This document shows positions 16,521 to 23,707 of a stretch of 64,000 nt of DNA, one piece after another (the stretch's first letter is position 1; each line of letters begins with the position of its first letter). The stretch comes from a virus, in IMG/VR virus record IMGVR_UViG_3300045988_062804. One strand, written 5' to 3'. Under the pieces are notes generated by a model. The model worked only from the letters and a program-made list of their open reading frames with translations, was not told the origin of the DNA and searched no databases. The position numbers were made by a program, and so were the translations under genes.

Positions 16521-16897
16521 TATACTTTATAAGTGGACATAGAGACTTAACATGGGAGGAGTTTGCCAAATGGTATGCTCCTGCCATTAGTAGGACTCTT
16601 AGCACAGACAATGGAGCAATATTCGTAGTGGCAGAATGTGATGGTGCTGATAGAATGGCTCAAGATTATTTGCTAGCTTGTGGTGTTCCTCCAAAGAACA
16701 TCAATGTTTATCATATGCTAAAAGCACCTAGATATTTAGCTAATAACAATATACCTACTATAGGTGGATTTACATCTGACCTGCAGCGGGATGAGGCTAT
16801 GACTAAAAACTCCGACTACGACGTTGCCTTTATTCGTAAGGGTAAGGAGTCGTCTGGAACTGCCCAAAACATTCTAAGAAGATGGACAAAGGTATAA
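16517..16897 (+). CDS. SLOG-fold protein (DUF2493 / YpsA-like)
   Basis: MIYFISGHRD, VVAECDGADRMAQDYLLACGV and QRDEAM...DVAFIRKGKESSGTAQNILR follow the GGRD / G.GAD / RN..M...GT pattern of DUF2493. ATGA overlap with the Nudix gene. Confidence 0.45.
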   Translation: MIYFISGHRDLTWEEFAKWYAPAISRTLSTDNGAIFVVAECDGADRMAQDYLLACGVPPKNINVYHMLKAPRYLANNNIPTIGGFTSDLQRDEAMTKNSDYDVAFIRKGKESSGTAQNILRRWTKV

Positions 16898-16904
16898 GGT
16901 GATT

Positions 16905-17090
16905 ATGAACTTGACATGGCTATAAATTTCTAGTAAAGCTAACGCTGATGAGAAAGAAAGGTTTGAAAGGCTCAGATTACACTTTACTAGTCTGTTCCTA
17001 CAACACCCAAAGATGCTCGAAGTCCTGTCTTATAAGGATATAGTACTGAAAGCCAAAGAATTTACTAAAGAATATCTAAAGCATGAATAA
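16905..17090 (+). pseudogene. 61-codon frame interrupted by an in-frame TAA (16923-16925); a possible decayed small gene, or a 25-aa ORF starting at 17013
   Basis: ATG AAC TTG ACA TGG CTA TAA is followed by 54 sense codons (ISSKANADEKERFERLRLHFTSLFLQHPKMLEVLSYKDIVLKAKEFTKEYLKHE). The frame ends overlapping the next ATG. Confidence 0.3.
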
Positions 17091-17592
17091 GTTTATATTC
17101 CTAGACATAGATGGGGTTATGAATAGTAATCTCTTCTATTCAGAAAGAACTCAGGATAAGAGATATGATGAGTGGATTAAAGAGCATCCTCAACACATAG
17201 CTTGGGGTGCTTGCAATATTGACCCAAGAGCAGTAGAAAGGCTGAATAGAATTACTGATGCTACTGGGGCTAAGATTGTTGTATCTTCTACCTGGAGGAG
17301 TGATAGTAATTTGCAAGAAGTGTTTAACCTTGTTGGAATTAAAGAGCCAATACATGACATAACTCCTTTTATGAGGAGTAGACATAGAGGTTCTGAAATC
17401 CAGGAATGGTTAGATAAGCAAACTGAACCTTATCGGTATATAATCTTAGACGATGATACTGATATGTTGGATTGGCAACTACCTTATTTCATTCAATCTG
17501 ATTGGCTGAAATGGGGTTTGAGTGATGAGGATGTTGAACAAGCAATACATATTCTAAATGATACCAATACAGCCGCTAAGGCACATCTATAA
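17083..17592 (+). CDS. HAD-superfamily phosphatase (HAD_SAK-like)
   Basis: FIFLDIDGVMNS (DxDG motif I), VVSSTWR (motif II) and ILDDD. Confidence 0.7.
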   Translation: MNKFIFLDIDGVMNSNLFYSERTQDKRYDEWIKEHPQHIAWGACNIDPRAVERLNRITDATGAKIVVSSTWRSDSNLQEVFNLVGIKEPIHDITPFMRSRHRGSEIQEWLDKQTEPYRYIILDDDTDMLDWQLPYFIQSDWLKWGLSDEDVEQAIHILNDTNTAAKAHL

Positions 17593-17743
17593 TGACCCTT
17601 CATTAGATAGAGAACTTCTATTGAGGAAACTAACATCTCTTAGACTAAAGGATATGATTAGTATTGAAGAATATGAGTATTTAAAACATTTAATAAGAAA
17701 GGAGAACGAGAATGCTCAGAGAGCAAATAGATGCACTTATTAA
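17558..17743 (+). CDS. hypothetical protein (61 aa); doubtful
   Basis: The ORF overlaps both neighbours by more than 30 nt. No motif recognised. Confidence 0.3.
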   Translation: MIPIQPLRHIYNDPSLDRELLLRKLTSLRLKDMISIEEYEYLKHLIRKENENAQRANRCTY

Positions 17744-18176
17744 GCAATCTATGCTTGATAAGAATGTAAAGAGGACAGAGGTACTAAGAGCTATTAAGAA
17801 TGAGTTCTTAGTGTATCAAACTGCTAAGGGTGCTAAACCTTTAGATGATGCAGCCGAGTTTACTATTCTTCGTAAGATGGTAAAACAGAGATTAGATAGT
17901 AGAGACCAATACATTGCAGCTGGAAGGAAAGACTTAGCCGATAATGAATCCAAAGAGATTCTTGTGCTTGAGTCTTTCCTTCCGAGTGAAGCCTCAGGTG
18001 AGGAAATTACTAATGCAATCTATGAGGTTATCTCAGAGAAGGGTTGGGGTGACGGAGAGACAGGTCCCCAAATCCCGAAGAAGTGCATGGGAGAGGCTGT
18101 TAAGTTGGTCAAGGCAAAGCTTGCTAATGTAGATGGTAAATTGTTAGCTGACACAATTAAGACTTATCTCGTATGA
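17712..18176 (+). CDS. GatB/YqeY-domain protein
   Basis: Collinear resemblance to B. subtilis YqeY: VLRAIKNE, KQRLDSRDQYIAAGRKDLA, EILVLESFLP, VDGKLL. Confidence 0.75.
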   Translation: MLREQIDALIKQSMLDKNVKRTEVLRAIKNEFLVYQTAKGAKPLDDAAEFTILRKMVKQRLDSRDQYIAAGRKDLADNESKEILVLESFLPSEASGEEITNAIYEVISEKGWGDGETGPQIPKKCMGEAVKLVKAKLANVDGKLLADTIKTYLV

Positions 18177-18421
18177 CACTGAAGGAAATAGTAACTATTC
18201 CTGCTGAAGCAAAGTTTACTCATGCAATAGCTGGAACTCTCTATTATAGAATCACAACTGATAATATAGTAGTAGAGTTTCCTATTGATATGAATGATAA
18301 GGATGATGTAGGTACAACTACATTCGTAGCTTCTTATAAGCCTATCACACTGATGAGGTATATAAGAAAGGCTATGGAGAATGAAACTTTGATTACAATT
18401 GATAAGTCTAAGTTGAAGTAA
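18173..18421 (+). CDS. hypothetical protein (82 aa)
   Basis: ATGA overlap with the YqeY gene. It is the last ORF before a 137-nt intergenic region. Confidence 0.6.
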   Translation: MTLKEIVTIPAEAKFTHAIAGTLYYRITTDNIVVEFPIDMNDKDDVGTTTFVASYKPITLMRYIRKAMENETLITIDKSKLK

Positions 18422-18487
18422 TTGTACTGTGTGACAATTAACTAATATATCCTACTCTACTCGAATTTCATAAAATACTTGGTTTAA

Positions 18488-18519
18488 TTTGGTAATACTG
18501 CTTATAATGCTTATATTTG
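18488..18519 (+). promoter_or_regulatory. Bacteroidota-type promoter (TTTG 18488-18491; -7 box TATATTTG 18512-18519)
   Basis: TTTG, 20 nt, then TAnnTTTG, sited 40 nt upstream of the ATG at 18559 in the largest + strand intergenic gap. A TATAAT hexamer also sits at 18503-18508. Confidence 0.6.
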
Positions 18520-18558
18520 CAGAAATTAAGTGGTTAAACTGTTTAAACGTATTAATTT

Positions 18559-18873
18559 ATGAAAATCGAAGAGAAATTTAAAAAATTCCAACAAGGTGGT
18601 GCTGCACCTCAGCCAGGAGCTGAACAAGCAGGAGGAGCACCAGCCGAGGGAGCACCAGCAGAAGGTGGTGCACCTGCTGAGGGTGGACAAGACCCAATGC
18701 AACAGATTCTACAAGTAGCTGCTCAGGCAGTTCAGACACAGAATTGTGAAGCTGCGATGGCTGTGTGTCAAGCCCTAATGCAAATCGCTCAAGGTGGTGC
18801 TGCTCAGGAACAAGCTCCTCAAGAGGAACCAACTTTTGCAAGGAAAGGTGCTAGACTAGTAAGAGTAAGATAA
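18559..18873 (+). CDS. low-complexity Ala/Gly/Pro/Glu/Gln-rich acidic protein with a basic C-terminus (104 aa)
   Basis: MKIEEKFKKFQQGG leader, GAPAE repeats, a Q/A-rich helical part, and the end FARKGARLVRVR. It is bracketed by its own promoter and terminator. Confidence 0.65.
   Translation: MKIEEKFKKFQQGGAAPQPGAEQAGGAPAEGAPAEGGAPAEGGQDPMQQILQVAAQAVQTQNCEAAMAVCQALMQIAQGGAAQEQAPQEEPTFARKGARLVRVR
18634..18687 (+). repeat. imperfect 15-18 nt coding tandem repeat (GAPAE x3)
   Basis: gga gca cca gcc gag / gga gca cca gca gaa / ggt ggt gca cct gct gag. Confidence 0.8.
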
Positions 18874-18892
18874 TTAGTCAACAAGGTAAGAA

Positions 18893-18923
18893 GGGGCGTA
18901 TATTAATTATATGCTCCTTTTTT
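18893..18923 (+). terminator. rho-independent terminator or attenuator
   Basis: GGGGCGTATA-TTAAT-TATATGCTCC (10-bp stem with two G-U pairs) followed by TTTTTT. It lies only 14 nt before the next ATG. Confidence 0.6.
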
Positions 18924-18937
18924 GTTATACATAGTAT

Positions 18938-21900
18938 ATGTCACAAGTAATAAGAAAATTTGAGAACTCTGGTAAGATAGAACAATCTAAGCCAGAACTA
19001 TTCGAGAGAAGTGGCGTTGGTAAGTACAATAAGGCTGATTTAGTTGCTGGACTATATAGGAACATAGATACCTATATAAAGAATAATAATCTTAGCGGAG
19101 ACAAAGCAGTTTCGTTTAGAAACTCTGCTAACCAGTTTATTAAAGGTATTGAGAATGGGACTATTAGTATGAATGGTGATGGTACATTCTCTGATGCAAC
19201 AGGTAGTATGGCTAGTACTGGAAAGTTTGATAGGAACTGGATAGGACGTAAGAAAGATACTACAAATAATGCCTTTAATTTAGTTGGTGACTATGCACTA
19301 GACTACATCAATCAGATGCAACAATACACTGAGCCAGCAGCTAAGCCTAAGTCAAAGTTTAATACTAACGACTTCCTAACTAAAGAGATTTCTAAAAGAT
19401 GGTATGGTGGTAACAATATAGATTTCGGTAACTGGTTCAAAAACAGAGGTGAGCAAGACCGTAACGCATTATTGGGAGACATCTTTAATAATGTAGACTA
19501 TAATCAGTTATACCAAGATTATGATTGGACTGACACTGGAATTAACAGTGCAGAAGATTTAGCTACCCGTGGAAGAGCATTTAGTACAGCCATTTCTAAT
19601 AATGCATTAGACAATGATGATTACAATACCTTTGCTACATTAGGTGGCAGTGGTTTGGATAAGTTCCTAAAGGAAGCTCCAGTACAAACTGAACCTACTC
19701 CAGAACAAAGTAGGATGAAGGCATGGGAAGCTGAAGCTGAGGCAGCAGGTGCTACAACTCCTGAAGCTAAATCAGCATATATCCAACGTAAACAAAGGGA
19801 AGAAGCTGATAGAAATGCAGCTATTATTAAGGCAACCGAAGAAGATATATATAACAGGGAAAGGGATGCATTCTTTAATGACTATGCTACTAAGAATCCG
19901 TTCAAGGGAACTGTAAGTGGATACGTAGCAAGTAAAACTTCATACAACCCAGAGAATGTACTACAGTATATAGACACTACTCATAAAGGGGCTATTAATG
20001 ATTACCTAAAGAGTGCATTAGACCCAAGGTATTTTAGAGGTCAATTACCTCACCAAAACGTACAAGGTCAAGACAATCTTAGAGAACATTTGGCTAATAA
20101 CCTTGACCTAGCTATCAATACTGGTAAATTACCAAAGATAGATGATGAAACTTATGCTATTCCTGGTACTTATAACTATGATAACTGGTCTTTAGTGACT
20201 TACAATCCAGTATCAAGACAATATAAAGAAACCTCCATGCTTGCTAATGATGCTTTAAAAAAGATAGCATATGCTGAGTATGATAGAAGAAAGAAGACAC
20301 CTACCAACAAAGAGGGTGGTGTTATTAAACTTCAATACGGTGGATTTGTTGAGGATGATAGTGCATACAATGCTTATAGAGAGCAGTTTGCTAAGAAGAG
20401 AGAGGACAAGGAGAAGCAAGTTCAAGCTAAGGCTAAGGCTACTAACAGGTCTGTAGAAGAAGTCAAAGAAGGTGAGAGAAAGCCTATGGCTGATAACCAA
20501 GAATGGGAGTGGGACGACTACACTAGACTTGGTGCTGCTGGTGCTGACGTAGCTTCAATCATTGCATCGTTTGTTCCTGGATACGGAACTATAGCATCTG
20601 CTGGACTTGGAGTTGGAAGTACCCTAGCTAACTTTGGTGCAGACATGAAGGATGGATTCCAGTTGAGAGATTTAGGTAATCTTGGTCTTGGTCTAGGAAT
20701 GGATGCTGTTGGTCTAATCCCAGGTCTTGGGGCTGCTGGAAAAGGTAGTAAGATACTCAAAAACTTACTAAAGGTTGCTCCTAAGCTAATGACAGCATGG
20801 AGTGTTTCTACATCATTTGCGCCCGCAATGCAAGCCTTTAATAAACTAAAGGATAAGGGTGCTAAAGAAATGACTGTAGATGATTGGAAAGCATTAGCCA
20901 ATGGTCTAACAGCTGCTGCTGGTGCTACTCGTTGGGGTGCTGCCGCTGCAAAGAACAAAATCAATACAAACAAATATGGAACTACTACCAGAACAGTTAC
21001 TACTAAATCTGGTAAGCAAGTTCAAATGTCAGAAGATGAGTTCCAGAGAATAAAGAGAGCTTCTGGTATTGAAGGACAGAATGAAGCCTTACAAGCTGTA
21101 GAGGGTGCAAAAGGTGAACAACTTCCAACAACATTTAAGAAATGGTATGATGTTAGGAGAGCTTATCAAGGAACTCCTGATGTTGATAAGAATACTGTAA
21201 TCAATACAGATGCTATGAGGAGAACTGCTCCTGATGGTACTGTTCTCGAACCAACTAAGTTCTCTAATCAAGGTATCTGGAGAGGTGCTGTTAATAACGA
21301 TTGGGGAAACAACTGGAAGGGTTGGAAAGGTCCGAAATGGTTAAAGGACTGGGGTTATGCTCCAGCTAAGAAAGAAGTAGACCCTAAAACAGTGAATGAA
21401 GCTGTTGATGCAGTATCTTCTATAGCTAGAACACTACATACAGCATCAAGGTTTAAACAAACACCATTAGCTTTACCAGCACCAGGACAAGCAACTCCGT
21501 CTAACAGAGTATTCGTTATGGGTTCAGGTAAACCTAACACTCCTAGAGATGTAACTAACCCATCTAATCTTAGAAAGCCAGGAAGCTATACAGATAGAGC
21601 TGTTCCAGTAGGAGGTACCCCAGTAGAATCTCCAAATGCTAATAAGGTAGTTGCTTCTCAAACCATACAACCTACTCAAAGATTAGACCAATTCATTGAA
21701 GGTCAAATCCCAGGCGGAAGGCAGTTCGGTAGACAAAGAGCTAAGACTGAGAGAGAATACAGAGATGTATTCCACCCAGCTGCTGAGCGTGAGTATAACC
21801 AAGTATGGGATGAAGCTGTTAGGGGTAAAAAAGACTTTGGATATGAGGAAGTATTTCCTAAGAGAAGTCCGTATGCTCCTCCTACACCTACTGAGGTATA

Positions 21901-23707
21901 TGTAACTCCAGGAGAAACTGTAAAAGACCCTAATGCAAGGTACTTATGGGAACTTATTAATAAGAAACCTAGTACTGCTCATGTTAAGAGGGATAATCCT
22001 CCTCGTAAGGCTAAACCTAAGAAGAAGAAAACTTCAAAGGATGATAGAGTTACTAAGAAAGCTGAGGGAGGTGTCGTTCAGTTCTTACAAGGTGGTAATA
22101 CTGTAGGACGAATCAAAGCTAAAGATATGTCTGGTTGGAACAGAGCAAATGCTTTAGCTAACTACGATTGGATTGTCGATTATGATAGATGGGCATCACA
22201 ACATGAAGGTCCAGATGATGTAGTTGATTCTTATATGTTAGCATTTAACGGTGGTGAAGATATTTACGACCAACTAACATCTAAGACTGGTGATTACTTC
22301 GGAGGTAAGTACAATTATTCAGTGCAAGACCCATTAGCTAAACATAGACAGATTACTTTTAGAGGTACTAATCAAGGCTTTGATGATTTAATCAGAAAGG
22401 GTATTGTAGGTTATGGTACTACAGAAGGTAACTCTGGATTTGATATATACGCTGGTGATAGAACTGGCAACAGAACACTTGCAAGAGGAATGTCTCCAGA
22501 AGATGTTGCTCGTTTTAATAAGCAGTTAGCAACTAGAGGAATGGAACTCTATGATAAGGGTAATGGTGCTTACAGACTAAGGAGATTAGAACAAAAACCT
22601 GTTGAATTACCAGAGGTTGTTGTAACTGCTGATGCTCCTAAGACTCCTGCAACTACTAACCCTTCAGCTATCAAGGGAGCTGCACCTAAGAAAGGTAAAG
22701 GCTTCAATCTTGGAGTAATGCCAGAGGATGTAATAGCACTAGGTAGAATGGTTGGTGGACTAGTAGCTAACAATAAGGCAGCTAAGTTATATAAAGAGGG
22801 ATTAAAACCTACTTTATTAGACACATTTGAAAATACTGTTCCATTACAAGGTAACTTCCAAGCTACAACTAATGCTGAACAACAAGCAGGTAATCTTGAA
22901 TCTGTAGCAGCTAGACCTAGAACTTCTGATGCTTCACTTCAGCTTGCTGGAGAATTAGAAGCTAGTGGTAGAGCAGGTCAAGCTAGATTCCAAGGTGGTC
23001 TACAAGATGCAGAAATGTTCTATAAGACCAGGATGTTAGGACAGCAAGAATCTGATGCTGCTAAGGCAAGAAGAGTTGATGTAGCTAATAGGAATAGAGC
23101 TTCAATGAATCAAATTGATGCAGCTAAGAAACAGATTGATGCAGCTAGAGTTACATCTAACTATCAAAATGTTATTGCTCCTTATCTAGCTGGAGTTGAG
23201 AACCAATTCGCACAGAAGAGGGCTATGAACCAGCAATTAGATATGGAAGAAGCTCAGAGAGAAGCTGAAAGGACTTATTCTCCAGAGTTCGACAGACTAA
23301 CACAGGATTATAATAATGCTTATAAAGCATACGGTACAGCTAATAACAATAACTACACTGGATGGGAGACATCTAATGAATATAAATCATTAGTAAACAG
23401 AAGAAAATCTCTTAATGATAATGTATCTCAGTTCTTACTGGATAAGAGAAGAGGAATAATGGGTTCTCCATATATGTTCCAAGTTAAGAAGAACTCTTCT
23501 ATAAAGACTCCATATGTTAAGTCTGGAGGTAAGTTAAGTGCTGCTGATAGAGAGAAATTACAAAGAGCTAAAGATTTTAATAAGAGATTGCTTGAAGACA
23601 ATAAGCAGTTCCACAAAGATATTATGGAATCTAAGAGAGAACATAACAAACTAATAATGTCTATGTCTTCTCTAACTTCTGAGTTAATAAAGAAAGCAAT
23701 GTCATGA
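18938..23707 (+). CDS. 1589-aa virion-type protein with a Gly-zipper membrane-active segment and a C-terminal coiled coil (ejection/tape-measure-like)
   Basis: Long uninterrupted ORF. Contains GAAGADVASIIASFVPGYGTIASAGLGVGSTLANFGADM...GLGLGMDAVGLIPGLGAAGKG and a Q/A/R-rich helical C-terminus. The function is inferred from composition and position. Confidence 0.5.
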   Translation: MSQVIRKFENSGKIEQSKPELFERSGVGKYNKADLVAGLYRNIDTYIKNNNLSGDKAVSFRNSANQFIKGIENGTISMNGDGTFSDATGSMASTGKFDRNWIGRKKDTTNNAFNLVGDYALDYINQMQQYTEPAAKPKSKFNTNDFLTKEISKRWYGGNNIDFGNWFKNRGEQDRNALLGDIFNNVDYNQLYQDYDWTDTGINSAEDLATRGRAFSTAISNNALDNDDYNTFATLGGSGLDKFLKEAPVQTEPTPEQSRMKAWEAEAEAAGATTPEAKSAYIQRKQREEADRNAAIIKATEEDIYNRERDAFFNDYATKNPFKGTVSGYVASKTSYNPENVLQYIDTTHKGAINDYLKSALDPRYFRGQLPHQNVQGQDNLREHLANNLDLAINTGKLPKIDDETYAIPGTYNYDNWSLVTYNPVSRQYKETSMLANDALKKIAYAEYDRRKKTPTNKEGGVIKLQYGGFVEDDSAYNAYREQFAKKREDKEKQVQAKAKATNRSVEEVKEGERKPMADNQEWEWDDYTRLGAAGADVASIIASFVPGYGTIASAGLGVGSTLANFGADMKDGFQLRDLGNLGLGLGMDAVGLIPGLGAAGKGSKILKNLLKVAPKLMTAWSVSTSFAPAMQAFNKLKDKGAKEMTVDDWKALANGLTAAAGATRWGAAAAKNKINTNKYGTTTRTVTTKSGKQVQMSEDEFQRIKRASGIEGQNEALQAVEGAKGEQLPTTFKKWYDVRRAYQGTPDVDKNTVINTDAMRRTAPDGTVLEPTKFSNQGIWRGAVNNDWGNNWKGWKGPKWLKDWGYAPAKKEVDPKTVNEAVDAVSSIARTLHTASRFKQTPLALPAPGQATPSNRVFVMGSGKPNTPRDVTNPSNLRKPGSYTDRAVPVGGTPVESPNANKVVASQTIQPTQRLDQFIEGQIPGGRQFGRQRAKTEREYRDVFHPAAEREYNQVWDEAVRGKKDFGYEEVFPKRSPYAPPTPTEVYVTPGETVKDPNARYLWELINKKPSTAHVKRDNPPRKAKPKKKKTSKDDRVTKKAEGGVVQFLQGGNTVGRIKAKDMSGWNRANALANYDWIVDYDRWASQHEGPDDVVDSYMLAFNGGEDIYDQLTSKTGDYFGGKYNYSVQDPLAKHRQITFRGTNQGFDDLIRKGIVGYGTTEGNSGFDIYAGDRTGNRTLARGMSPEDVARFNKQLATRGMELYDKGNGAYRLRRLEQKPVELPEVVVTADAPKTPATTNPSAIKGAAPKKGKGFNLGVMPEDVIALGRMVGGLVANNKAAKLYKEGLKPTLLDTFENTVPLQGNFQATTNAEQQAGNLESVAARPRTSDASLQLAGELEASGRAGQARFQGGLQDAEMFYKTRMLGQQESDAAKARRVDVANRNRASMNQIDAAKKQIDAARVTSNYQNVIAPYLAGVENQFAQKRAMNQQLDMEEAQREAERTYSPEFDRLTQDYNNAYKAYGTANNNNYTGWETSNEYKSLVNRRKSLNDNVSQFLLDKRRGIMGSPYMFQVKKNSSIKTPYVKSGGKLSAADREKLQRAKDFNKRLLEDNKQFHKDIMESKREHNKLIMSMSSLTSELIKKAMS

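Noticed and set aside
16898-17082. The 185-nt gap considered as a tRNA or other small RNA gene.
   Set aside because: There is no GTTCRANNC T-loop, acceptor-stem complementarity or strong hairpin. The stretch reads instead as an interrupted protein-coding frame.
18419-18440. Hairpin TAATTGT-N8-ACAATTA after the 82-aa ORF, considered as a terminator.
   Set aside because: The stem is only 7 bp, is all A/T apart from one G-C pair, and has no following T-run. It may be incidental.
18634-18687. Short tandem DNA repeat considered as a CRISPR-like or satellite element.
   Set aside because: There are only three imperfect 15-18 nt units, in frame within an ORF, encoding GAPAE. This is a coding low-complexity repeat, not an array with spacers.
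18578-18841. 87-aa antisense ORF opposite the low-complexity protein gene.
   Set aside because: Same artefact: the GAPAE/Q-A-rich sense codons lack antisense stops. The promoter and terminator are oriented for the + strand ORF.
20518-20973. 151-aa antisense ORF inside the 1589-aa gene.
   Set aside because: It lies exactly opposite the Gly/Ala-rich (GC-rich codon) segment of a long sense ORF. Such composition keeps the antisense frame open by chance. The translation is low-complexity (A/P/R/S) and has no start or stop coupling or promoter.
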